Shown here piece by piece: positions 14,151 through 22,941 of a stretch of 32,000 nt of DNA. The notes beneath the pieces are model-generated. The model was not told the DNA's origin. It searched no databases and saw nothing but the letters and a program-made list of their open reading frames with translations. The DNA is taken from the NCBI GenBank assembly GCA_003858585.1, contig RQZE01000004.1:30001-62000 (forward strand), written 5' to 3'. Numbering within the stretch: position 1 is the first letter of the stretch; each line of letters starts with the position of its first letter. The DNA comes from Erysipelotrichaceae bacterium OH741_COT-311. GTDB lineage: Bacteria; Bacillota_I; Bacilli_A; Erysipelotrichales; Erysipelotrichaceae. A program made the translations under genes and the position numbers.

Positions 14151-15398
14151 CTATATATCTTTTGCAATATCCGTTCGATAAAATAAATATTCACCTTTAA
14201 TCTTTGAAACTTCTTGATAAGCATTTCTAGAAGCTTCCTTTAAGGTATCTCCACTACCAGTAACAAATAGGACACGTCCCTTGTCATTAAAAAACTGATG
14301 ATCTACTTTCTTGCTTCCCATATGAAAAAGTGGTGTATGTACTTTTTCTAAGCCATCAATACGACCTCCTATTTTAAGTGCTTCCGGATAACCAAGACTA
14401 GCCATTACAATTCCTACATAGTATTGATTTGACCATTGTAAACTATATTCTTGTTTATTTAATACGGAATCAACAACTTCATATAGGTCACTTTCTAACG
14501 CCAACAATAATACTTCCGTTTCAGGATCGCCAAAGCGTACATTGTATTCTATGGTTTTTACCCCATGTTTTGTAAGCATACAACCTGCATATAAAATACC
14601 AGTATATGGATGATTTAAAGAGGATAAACCATATACAATGGGCTTTACAATTTGATCTACCGCTTGTTGATACACTTCCTTTGAAATATAATCACAAGGT
14701 GTATAACTTCCCATACCACCTGTATTCAATCCAAGATTACCATCATATACCTTCTTATAATCTTGAGCTAGCTGCATGGGAATAATTGTGCGTTCATGAA
14801 CAAAAGCCAGTAAAGAAAACTCTTGTCCTTCTAAAAATTCTTCGATTACAAGTTTATGACCTGAACTTGCAAATTTATCGTGTTTCATCATATCTTCAAT
14901 TGTTTGATAAGCTTCTTGATAATCTTGTGCAATAATAACACCCTTTCCGTTTGCTAAACCATCCGCCTTAATTACAATAGGAAATGTTTGTTTCTTTAAG
15001 GAATCAATAGCTGCCTCAAACTCATAAAAGCACTCAAATTTTGCAGTAGGAATATGAAACTGTTCCATTAAATGCTTACTAAAGACTTTTGAACCTTCTA
15101 ATTGGGCACAATAAGCATCCGGACCAAAAATTCGTAAATTATGTTTTTTAAAATAATCAACAATTCCCTTTGTAAGTGGTAATTCCGGACCAACAAAAGT
15201 TAAGTCAATGGCATGTTCCTTTACAAAATCAACCAATCCTTCAAAATCCAAAACATCAAGATTTACCATTGTAGCCACATCGCTCATTCCAGAATTTCCT
15301 GGAGCTACAAATACATGGCTTACATGCTTACTTTGTTTAAATTTATAACACAAAGCATGTTCTCGACCACCACTACCAATTACTAATATCTTTTTCAT
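14151..15398 (-). CDS. purD: Phosphoribosylamine-glycine ligase (GAR synthetase)
   Basis: 415 aa with the MKKILVIGSGGREHAL N-terminus and ATP-grasp body. It is the last gene of the pur cluster. Confidence 0.95.
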   Translation of the reverse strand: MKKILVIGSGGREHALCYKFKQSKHVSHVFVAPGNSGMSDVATMVNLDVLDFEGLVDFVKEHAIDLTFVGPELPLTKGIVDYFKKHNLRIFGPDAYCAQLEGSKVFSKHLMEQFHIPTAKFECFYEFEAAIDSLKKQTFPIVIKADGLANGKGVIIAQDYQEAYQTIEDMMKHDKFASSGHKLVIEEFLEGQEFSLLAFVHERTIIPMQLAQDYKKVYDGNLGLNTGGMGSYTPCDYISKEVYQQAVDQIVKPIVYGLSSLNHPYTGILYAGCMLTKHGVKTIEYNVRFGDPETEVLLLALESDLYEVVDSVLNKQEYSLQWSNQYYVGIVMASLGYPEALKIGGRIDGLEKVHTPLFHMGSKKVDHQFFNDKGRVLFVTGSGDTLKEASRNAYQEVSKIKGEYLFYRTDIAKDI

Positions 15399-15399
15399 A

Positions 15400-16923
15400 T
15401 TAATGTAAAAAATGACGTACTTTCGTAAATATCATAGCGATGTTATGTTTATTGCATTGATCAATCGAATCTTGATCTTTAATCGAACCGCCCGGTTGCA
15501 TAATAGCCTTAATACCATAGGTACTAGCTAATTGTACTGTATCATCCATTGGAAAAAACGCATCTGAAGCCAGTACTGCATTCATAGATAGTTTCCCCGC
15601 TTGTTTTAAAGCAATGCTTGCTGCTTGTATACGATTCATTTGTCCTGCACCTACACCAATGGTTTGTAGATTCTTTGCTATTACAATTGCATTGGATTTT
15701 ACATGCTTACATACCTTATAAGCAAATAATAAATCATCCAACTCCTGTTTACTAGCTTGAGCATGTGTAACAGTTGTAAGATCATAGCAATTTACATCAT
15801 CGCTATCTTGAACTAATAGCCCTCCCTTTAATCCAGTCACTTTTTGATAAGAGCCACTACATTTTGGCAAGTACGTCATAAGACGAATATTCTTCTTAGC
15901 TGTTAAAATATCTAGTGCTTCCTGAGTAAATTCTGGTGCAAGTACTATTTCAATAAATAATTCATGCAGCTTTTGAGCAACATCCTTATCTACGGTTTGA
16001 TTGAATGCCACAATACCACCAAAAATACTAATCGGATCACTTTGATAAGCCTTTGTATAAGCTTCTAAAACGGTACTACCTAAAGCAACACCACATGGAT
16101 TCGTATGCTTAAGGGCTACACAAGCAATATCTCCATGAAATTCTTCTATGATGTTTAATGCAGCTTGTGCATCTTGCAAATTATTATACGATAACTCTTT
16201 GCCATGTAATTGTTTGCTATTTGCAATACTATAACCTAAGCAATCATCATTCTTTAAAAAATATGCCTTTTGATGTGGATTTTCACCATATCGTAATGAT
16301 TGTCCTTTTTCATAAGCAAACACTTTAGGATAATAGTCTTTATTTGTAAATGTACTTAAATATCTTGTAATTAAGCTATCATAATAACTTGTATAGGCAA
16401 AAACCTTAACTGCTAACTCTAAACGAGTTTCTAATAAAGTATCTCCATACTGTTGAATTTCTTCTAAAACCAATTCATAGTCATTTACATCATGAATAAC
16501 AGTGACACGTTGATAATTCTTACAAGCTGCCCTTAACATACTTGGTCCACCAATATCAATGTTTTCAATCGCTTCCTGTAAAGTCACATTTTCTTTCGCA
16601 ATCGTTTCTTTAAAAGGATATAAATTGACGCAAACTAAATCAATTTGATCAATGTTAAGATTCTTTAATGTATCTTGATGTTCTAGATTATCCTTTAATG
16701 CTAATAAACCTGCGAAAATAGTAGGATGTAATGTTTTTACACGACCATCCAGTATTTCTGGAAAAGCAGTTACATCTTCAATTTTTATAACATCGATATT
16801 CTCTTTTTTTAGTAAGGCATACGTTCCACCGGTTGAAATAATTTGATAACCACATGCATGTAACCCTTTTGCAAATTCAACAATATGTGTTTTATCACTT
16901 ACACTAATTAGTGCTTTTTTCAT
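15400..16923 (-). CDS. purH: Bifunctional AICAR transformylase / IMP cyclohydrolase
   Basis: About 507 aa, KKALISVSDKT...GGTYALL (MGS-like IMPCH domain) plus an AICARFT domain. The start was moved to ATG 16923 (GGAGG 6 nt upstream). Confidence 0.95.
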   Translation of the reverse strand: MKKALISVSDKTHIVEFAKGLHACGYQIISTGGTYALLKKENIDVIKIEDVTAFPEILDGRVKTLHPTIFAGLLALKDNLEHQDTLKNLNIDQIDLVCVNLYPFKETIAKENVTLQEAIENIDIGGPSMLRAACKNYQRVTVIHDVNDYELVLEEIQQYGDTLLETRLELAVKVFAYTSYYDSLITRYLSTFTNKDYYPKVFAYEKGQSLRYGENPHQKAYFLKNDDCLGYSIANSKQLHGKELSYNNLQDAQAALNIIEEFHGDIACVALKHTNPCGVALGSTVLEAYTKAYQSDPISIFGGIVAFNQTVDKDVAQKLHELFIEIVLAPEFTQEALDILTAKKNIRLMTYLPKCSGSYQKVTGLKGGLLVQDSDDVNCYDLTTVTHAQASKQELDDLLFAYKVCKHVKSNAIVIAKNLQTIGVGAGQMNRIQAASIALKQAGKLSMNAVLASDAFFPMDDTVQLASTYGIKAIMQPGGSIKDQDSIDQCNKHNIAMIFTKVRHFLH

Positions 16924-17488
16924 AACCATCCTCCCAAATTTTCTTCAATGTTTTACTATAGAATTCATGTTCAATCGCATGAATGGCTTGTATCACTTCG
17001 TCTTTGCTTTTATGTTCAATATTTAATGGATATTGTGCAATAATTTCTCCTTCATCCATATTTTGGTCTATAAAATGAATAGTAACTCCTGTTACTTTTA
17101 CACCATAATCCAACGCTTGTTCAATGGCACCTTTTCCTTTAAACGATGGTAATAACGATGGATGAATATTAATAATTTTTCTAGGATATGCGGTTAATAA
17201 TTCTTCTCCAATCATACGCATATAACCTGCTAAAACAATATAATCAATTTCCAATGCTATACATTTTTCTTTAATCTTTTTTTCATACTCGCTTTTTGTT
17301 TGATAGTCTTTAGAATGAAAAGAAAAGACTTCAATATTTCGTTGCTTTGCTTTTTCAATCACTGGTGCATACATACAATCCGATACTACCAGTTTAATCT
17401 TAGCCTTTAAATATCCAGATTCAATATGCTTACAAATAGCTTCAAAATTACTTCCTGTTCCCGAAGCAAATACAGCAATATTAATCAT
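16904..17488 (-). CDS. purN: Phosphoribosylglycinamide formyltransferase
   Basis: MINIAVFASGTGSNFEAI, with NIHPSLLPSFKG and a conserved Asp region. The start was moved from GTG 17500 to ATG 17488, which overlaps the purM stop. Confidence 0.9.
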   Translation of the reverse strand: MINIAVFASGTGSNFEAICKHIESGYLKAKIKLVVSDCMYAPVIEKAKQRNIEVFSFHSKDYQTKSEYEKKIKEKCIALEIDYIVLAGYMRMIGEELLTAYPRKIINIHPSLLPSFKGKGAIEQALDYGVKVTGVTIHFIDQNMDEGEIIAQYPLNIEHKSKDEVIQAIHAIEHEFYSKTLKKIWEDGYEKSTN

Positions 17489-18509
17489 AGAAATGGACAC
17501 CTAACTTATCACTTATTTTTCCAATGATATAAGCATTTTCATTATTGTTAATAAGAATCTGCATAGTTTTATTTACATCTTCTTGTTTAACAATCAAAAT
17601 CATTCCAATACCCATATTAAACACATTATGCATTTCTTCATCACTCATTTTAGAAAGTTGTTGTAAGAATTTAAAAATACATGGGATTGGATAAGAATTA
17701 CGTTTGATTTCAATACCTTGATTTTCCTTTAATGATCGAGGCATATTTTCATAAAAACCACCACCTGTAATATGGGCAATTCCACAAACATCCACTTCAT
17801 TTAACACAGCTAATACCGGCTTTACATAAATTTTCGTTGGTGTCAGCAAGGCATTGGCAAGCGTATTATTTAGTTCCGGAAAATATTCATCTAAATGAAA
17901 ATGATGATCTTTAAATAAAATCTTTCTTACCAAAGAATACCCATTAGAATGTAAACCACTAGAAGGTAAACCGATTACGACATCACCAACTTCAACTTTA
18001 CTACCATCCAGTATGCGATCTTTTTCAACAATACCTACAGAAAAAGCGGCAATATCATAATCATTTTCTTGATACATATCCGGCATCTCTGCCGTTTCTC
18101 CACCAATTAATGCACACATACTTTGTAGGCAACCATTAGCTATCCCGCTTACAATCTCCTCAATTTGAACCGGATTATTTTTACCTACTGCAATATAATC
18201 CAAAAGAAATAATGGTTTTGCTCCTAAAGCCAAAATATCATTTACACACATTGCTACAGCATCAATACCGATGGTATTGTGTTTATTTTGTTCAATGGCA
18301 ATTTTAAGTTTTGTACCTACACCATCTGTAGAAGACACTAGAATGGGATGCTTATACTGTAGAGAACCAAGATCAAATAAACCACCAAAAGAACCGATAT
18401 CTCCTAAAACACCCGGTATTTTTGTTTTCTCAATGTGTTTTTTAATACGTTCTACGGCATCGTAACCGGCTTGTAAATTTACACCTGATTTTGCATAATT
18501 ATCACTCAT
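17481..18509 (-). CDS. purM: Phosphoribosylformylglycinamidine cyclo-ligase (AIR synthetase)
   Basis: 342 aa, MSDNYAKSGVNLQAGY...STDGVGTKL...GGETAEMP, typical PurM. It overlaps the purL stop by 8 nt. Confidence 0.95.
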   Translation of the reverse strand: MSDNYAKSGVNLQAGYDAVERIKKHIEKTKIPGVLGDIGSFGGLFDLGSLQYKHPILVSSTDGVGTKLKIAIEQNKHNTIGIDAVAMCVNDILALGAKPLFLLDYIAVGKNNPVQIEEIVSGIANGCLQSMCALIGGETAEMPDMYQENDYDIAAFSVGIVEKDRILDGSKVEVGDVVIGLPSSGLHSNGYSLVRKILFKDHHFHLDEYFPELNNTLANALLTPTKIYVKPVLAVLNEVDVCGIAHITGGGFYENMPRSLKENQGIEIKRNSYPIPCIFKFLQQLSKMSDEEMHNVFNMGIGMILIVKQEDVNKTMQILINNNENAYIIGKISDKLGVHFYD

Positions 18510-21500
18510 GTTTATTCTCCTTCTTAAAAAACGCTACTCCATTTTTAAAGATACTTTGTTTTTTATTACCCACAATATTCTTATACAATCCATCTGTATA
18601 ACGTTCACTATGTCCCATTTTTCCAAGAATTTGACCACATGATGAAACAATTCCTTCAATTGCAAACATAGAACCATTGAAGTTGTGTTCTTTATCCATT
18701 GTAGCTTGTCCATGATCATCAACATATTGATAAGCAATTTGACCATTCTTGATTAATGTGTGAAGTAGTTCTTCACTGCACACAAATTTTCCTTCACCAT
18801 GACTTATTGGAATAACATCTATACGATCAACTTCTTCCATACTTAACCATGGACTATTATTCGAAGATACCTTCGTTTTTGCAATACATGATACATGACG
18901 ATGAATATCATTTTTAAATAAAGTGGCATCATCCTTTGTTAAGTCTGTAATTTTACCATAAGGCAATAGCCCGGATTTAATTAAGGCTTGAAATCCATTA
19001 CAAATCCCCAATATTAAACCTTCTCTAGCTAAAAAGGCATCAATGGCTTCTTTGACTTTTTCATTTCTTAAAATATTAACAATGAACTTAGCACTTCCAT
19101 CTGGTTCATCTCCCGCTGAAAATCCCCCTGCCAAAGCTAATATCTGACTCTTTTCAATCAAAGTAACAAATTCATCAATTGATTTGAAAATAGCATCTTC
19201 TTGATAATTCTTAAACACATAGATTGTTGTTTTAGCTCCTTCTTCTTCAAAGGCACGTGCCATATCATACTCACAGTTTGTACCAAAAAAGACCGGTATT
19301 AAGACTGAAACTTCATCATATTGTTGTTTTGCTTTAAATATTTTATCTGTTTTATAAGAAATGGTTTCCACTTGTTTATAAGTAGGTAAAACATGAAGTG
19401 GATATAACATTTTTAATGGCTTATTAAAGTGATTTAATACCTCATGCTTCGTCAATTCTATTTCATTGATACGATATACATCATCACTTACTCTACCAAT
19501 TAAAATGGCATCATCAATTATTTCTTCACTTTCTACAACAAAACACCCCGGAAGCAAGCTTAACAGCTCTTCTTTTGTATTTAATTCAAATGTAAAACCA
19601 TTTCCAAAACTCATATGAAAGAGTGCAGAAGCTATACCACCATCTTCTACCACATAAGCGCTCTTAATCACCTTGGATGCAATAAGGCTTTCTACTAACT
19701 GAAAGTTAGTTCTATAGCTTGCTAAGTCAGGCAAACCATCTGAGTTGATGTTCGGTTTGATAATTGAGATATAGTTTCCAACTCGTTTAAACTCCGGTGA
19801 AATAATAGTATCTATCTTTGCATTACTACAAGCAAATGAAACAAATGTAGAAACAACATCTAGATGTTGATAGGTGCCGGACATACTATCTTTACCACCA
19901 ATCGCTGCTTTAGAAAAAAAATCGAGTACTTTAATCGCCCCCAATAATGTTTCAACGACTAATCCCCATTTGCTAGGTGTTGTAAGTCTTCTGAAATATT
20001 CTTGGAATGAGAAGTGTATGGACTTAAGATTACCGCCAACTGCAATTGTTTTAGCTATCGAATCCAATATTGCATACTGACTCATCAAATAAGTTGAATA
20101 TTCACTAATCTTAGGATTAAATCCATACGTCAAGATTGTACATGTTGATGTTTTTCCATCTAACATGGGAATTTTACTTACTGAAGCTTGTGTCTTGGTT
20201 GCTTGATGTTTACCACCATACGGCATTAAAACCGTTGATGAACCAATTGTACTATCAAAGTGTTCCACTAAACCTTTTTGATTACATACATTTAAGTCTG
20301 ATAACATCGTTAATATATTTGTTTTAGTAAGTTCAATTGGCGTAAATGGATTAGATTTACCAATGGTTGCAACCTCAACCTTTACCTTTTGTTGATATCC
20401 ATTTGTATTAATAAATTCACGTGATAAGTTTACAACTTCTTGTTGGTTCTTTAACATAATCAAACGTGGTTCTTCTATCACCTTTGCAACTATGTAAGCA
20501 TCTAAGTTTTCCTCATTAGCAAGCGTTATAAATGTTTCAGCATCTTTACTACTTACCACTACTGCCATACGCTCTTGTGATTCACTAATAGCAAGTTCCA
20601 CGGCATTTAAACCAGCATATTTTACTTTAATACTATCTAAATCAATCAATAAACCATCTGCCAATTCCGCAATGGCTACACTTACACCACCTGCACCAAA
20701 GTCGTTGCATTTTTTTATTAAAATTGTTGCCTTTGGATTACGCATGAAACGTTGTAGTTTACGTTGTTCCACCGCGTTTCCTTTTTGGACTTCACTTGCA
20801 GATTTTACCAGTGATTGTTCCGTATGTTGTTTACTAGAACCTGTTGCTCCACCAATACCGTCTCGACCGGTTTTACCACCAAGTAAAATAACAACATCTC
20901 CGCTAATCGGTTTTAAACGTTTTACATATTCTGCTTTCACTGCTCCTACTACTGCACCTAATTCCAGATGCTTAGCAACATAAGAATCGTGATAGATTTC
21001 CTTAACAAATGAAGTTGCCAAACCTATTTGATTTCCATAACTACTATAACCCTGTGTAGCTTTTTTACTAATAATGCTTTGTGGTAACTTAAACGGTAAC
21101 GTCTGTTCAATTTTTTCTAATACATTTCCACAACCTGAAATACGAGCTGCTTGATACACATAACTACGTCCACTTAATGGATCTCTAATTGCCCCACCAA
21201 TACACGTACTTGCTCCACCAAATGGCTCTATCTCAGTTGGATGATTATGTGTTTCATTTTTAAACATCACTAACCATTTTTCATCTATACCATTGTGATC
21301 TACATCTACATAAACACTACAAGCATTAATTTCATCACTAATTTCTACATCCTGCAATTGCCCTTTACTTCTTAAATACCTTGCATTAATCGTTGCCATA
21401 TCCATCAATGTAATAGGTTTTTCTTTACTTGATGTTTGATTCTTTAACGATATATATAATTGAAATGCCTTTTCTAGTTCTTCTTTAAAATGATCCGTTG

Positions 21501-22200
21501 TAAATGTAATCGAATCTAAAATGGTTTGAAAGGTTGTATGTCGACAATGATCTGACCAATACGTATCTAATACCTTTAATTCTGTTTCGGTTGGTATACG
21601 CTTTTCTAAGCGAAAATACTCTTGGATCATTTTTAAATCTTCTAAACTCATCGCTAAATGTTCATTTTTCAAAAAGTTATCTAACTCTGCTTCATTTAAC
21701 AAAAGAAAAGGGGTATATTCCTTTAACGGTGTAACTTCCACATTTTGATCATAATGTAAAACCGTCAAATCTTTTTTTACTGATTCAATGGGATTAACAA
21801 AGTATTTTTGTATTTTTTCAAGTGTATCTTCTTCTAAAACACTGTCAAAAACAACCAATGTCCCAGAAGTGATACGCGCTTTGGTATTTGGTTGATATAA
21901 ACGCAAACAAGAAAGTGCACTATCTGCACGTTGATCATATTGTCCAGGGATCGGTTCATAAGCGATAAAAGACCTATTATCTAACTCAATATTTTCAAAT
22001 ACTTCATCTACCATTACTTCCGTAAAAATATGTTTTTGCGCATATTCAAATGCATCCTTATCAATATCAAATACATCATAAATGACATAAACATCAATGC
22101 TTCTTACACGCAAATTAAAATGTATACGTAAGTGATGCAACAGTTCTTTTGTTGCAACATCAAAACCACTTCTTTTTTTAACAAAAATACGCTTATTCAT
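18502..22200 (-). CDS. purL: Phosphoribosylformylglycinamidine synthase, single-chain large form (fused PurS/PurL/PurQ-type)
   Basis: 1232 aa with AIR-synthase-related repeats. The C-terminal glutaminase domain has the nucleophile motif GICNGFQ and HGEGKF. Confidence 0.95.
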   Translation of the reverse strand: MNKRIFVKKRSGFDVATKELLHHLRIHFNLRVRSIDVYVIYDVFDIDKDAFEYAQKHIFTEVMVDEVFENIELDNRSFIAYEPIPGQYDQRADSALSCLRLYQPNTKARITSGTLVVFDSVLEEDTLEKIQKYFVNPIESVKKDLTVLHYDQNVEVTPLKEYTPFLLLNEAELDNFLKNEHLAMSLEDLKMIQEYFRLEKRIPTETELKVLDTYWSDHCRHTTFQTILDSITFTTDHFKEELEKAFQLYISLKNQTSSKEKPITLMDMATINARYLRSKGQLQDVEISDEINACSVYVDVDHNGIDEKWLVMFKNETHNHPTEIEPFGGASTCIGGAIRDPLSGRSYVYQAARISGCGNVLEKIEQTLPFKLPQSIISKKATQGYSSYGNQIGLATSFVKEIYHDSYVAKHLELGAVVGAVKAEYVKRLKPISGDVVILLGGKTGRDGIGGATGSSKQHTEQSLVKSASEVQKGNAVEQRKLQRFMRNPKATILIKKCNDFGAGGVSVAIAELADGLLIDLDSIKVKYAGLNAVELAISESQERMAVVVSSKDAETFITLANEENLDAYIVAKVIEEPRLIMLKNQQEVVNLSREFINTNGYQQKVKVEVATIGKSNPFTPIELTKTNILTMLSDLNVCNQKGLVEHFDSTIGSSTVLMPYGGKHQATKTQASVSKIPMLDGKTSTCTILTYGFNPKISEYSTYLMSQYAILDSIAKTIAVGGNLKSIHFSFQEYFRRLTTPSKWGLVVETLLGAIKVLDFFSKAAIGGKDSMSGTYQHLDVVSTFVSFACSNAKIDTIISPEFKRVGNYISIIKPNINSDGLPDLASYRTNFQLVESLIASKVIKSAYVVEDGGIASALFHMSFGNGFTFELNTKEELLSLLPGCFVVESEEIIDDAILIGRVSDDVYRINEIELTKHEVLNHFNKPLKMLYPLHVLPTYKQVETISYKTDKIFKAKQQYDEVSVLIPVFFGTNCEYDMARAFEEEGAKTTIYVFKNYQEDAIFKSIDEFVTLIEKSQILALAGGFSAGDEPDGSAKFIVNILRNEKVKEAIDAFLAREGLILGICNGFQALIKSGLLPYGKITDLTKDDATLFKNDIHRHVSCIAKTKVSSNNSPWLSMEEVDRIDVIPISHGEGKFVCSEELLHTLIKNGQIAYQYVDDHGQATMDKEHNFNGSMFAIEGIVSSCGQILGKMGHSERYTDGLYKNIVGNKKQSIFKNGVAFFKKENKHE

Positions 22201-22684
22201 GATCTAGTTCCACACTTAGTACTTGTTTACGCATTGTTTCTTTATATTCTTGTAATTTTGCATGATAAGTATCATCAAAACTACCTAAGATGGTTAATGC
22301 TAAAATAGCAGCATTCTTAGCACCGGCATCACCGATGGATACCGTTGCTACCGGTACACCTGATGGCATTTGCACAATCGACAATAAAGAATCTAAACCT
22401 TGTAAAGCACTGGATTTAATAGGAATACCGATTACCGGTAAGGTAGTTGCCCCTGCAATTACACCAGGTAAATGAGCTGCTCCTCCAGCTGCAGCAATCA
22501 CAAGCTTAACTCCATGCTGTTTTAAACCTTTTACATAGCTCAATGTTTCCTCCAGTGTTCTATGTGCGCTTAGTACCTTGACTTCATATCCAATACCAAA
22601 TTGTTGAAGTAAATCACAGGTATGTTTCACACACCCATAATCACTTTTCGAACCCATAATTACTGAAACTAGCGTATTTGTCAT
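22193..22684 (-). CDS. purE: N5-carboxyaminoimidazole ribonucleotide mutase (class I PurE-like)
   Basis: 163 aa with SAHRT and AAGGAAHLPGV motifs, close to E. coli PurE. SD AAGGAGG lies 8 nt upstream of the ATG. Confidence 0.95.
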   Translation of the reverse strand: MTNTLVSVIMGSKSDYGCVKHTCDLLQQFGIGYEVKVLSAHRTLEETLSYVKGLKQHGVKLVIAAAGGAAHLPGVIAGATTLPVIGIPIKSSALQGLDSLLSIVQMPSGVPVATVSIGDAGAKNAAILALTILGSFDDTYHAKLQEYKETMRKQVLSVELDHE

Positions 22685-22700
22685 TTTCTTTTCCTCCTTA

Positions 22701-22727
22701 AAATAAAAAAGACATTAAGCCATGTCC
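22701..22727 (-). terminator. Weak intrinsic terminator in the riboswitch expression platform
   Basis: Minus-strand RNA GGACAU-GGCUUA-AUGUCU (6 bp including one G-U), followed by UUUUUAUUU and then the purE SD. Confidence 0.45.
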
Positions 22728-22740
22728 ACTACAAAAACAA

Positions 22741-22808
22741 TTTTGTAGTCTTACCCTTATAGCGGTAAGGTAGAAACCTGTTGGCTATCATACAACATTT
22801 ATACAAAA
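22741..22808 (-). promoter_or_regulatory. Purine riboswitch aptamer, guanine/hypoxanthine class (C at the specificity position)
   Basis: The minus-strand RNA is UUUUGUA-UAAA-UGUUG-UAUGAUAGC-CAACA-GGUUUCUAC-CUUACC-GCUAUAAG-GGUAAG-AC-UACAAAA. P1 is 7 bp, P2 is 5 bp and P3 is 6 bp. The J2/3 GUUUCUAC core is conserved. The L2 and L3 loops are complementary (AUAGC/GCUAU). The junction GA-C-UAC matches the xpt GAC(74)UAU arrangement. It lies upstream of purE, the classic context. Confidence 0.8.
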
Positions 22809-22842
22809 TAAAATAAAAAATAGGTGCTTAAAACACACCTAT
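22809..22842 (-). terminator. Intrinsic terminator hairpin immediately upstream of the riboswitch (ends the phoH operon and/or attenuates the pur leader)
   Basis: Minus-strand RNA AUAGGUG-UGUUUUAAG-CACCUAU followed by UUUUUAUUUUA. The U tract runs directly into riboswitch P1. Confidence 0.6.
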
Positions 22843-22911
22843 TATTGATAAGTTTTTGAAAAAGTAGATTTTCGAACATCAAGAAACATCGCAATTCTCC
22901 TTTTCACATGT

Positions 22912-22920
22912 ATCATATCA
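22912..22920 (-). promoter_or_regulatory. Candidate extended -10 promoter (TGaTATGAT) of the pur leader
   Basis: Minus strand TG (22920-22919), a, TATGAT (22917-22912), in the gap after the membrane-protein stop. It is the only reasonable -10 I find upstream of the riboswitch. Confidence 0.35.
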
Positions 22921-22941
22921 TTAAAAGACAAGAAATTAAAG

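Noticed and set aside
20672-20983. 103-aa plus-strand ORF inside purL, and similar 60-90-aa antisense or alternate-frame ORFs inside longer genes, on either strand (1158-1373, 2666-2941, 4518-4703, 6417-6626, 8123-8305, 11916-12104, 12500-12754, 13805-13990, 18271-18465, 18534-18746, 19874-20080, 20136-20327, 21534-21734, 22290-22475, 22908-23132, 26801-26992, 27949-28203, 29139-29402, 30347-30562)
   Set aside because: Each is nested within a longer ORF that has clear homology-type motifs. None has a convincing SD or any recognisable protein signature. They are the expected chance ORFs of a low-GC genome.
22741-22808. First-pass reading of the riboswitch with a 5-bp P1 (UUGUA/UACAA) and a drastically truncated P2, which would have implied a novel purine-riboswitch variant lacking the loop-loop interaction
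   Set aside because: Shifting P1 12 nt upstream (UUUUGUA/UACAAAA, 7 bp) restores a normal three-way junction. P2 becomes UGUUG/CAACA and the L2/L3 loops are complementary. The canonical fold explains the sequence better.
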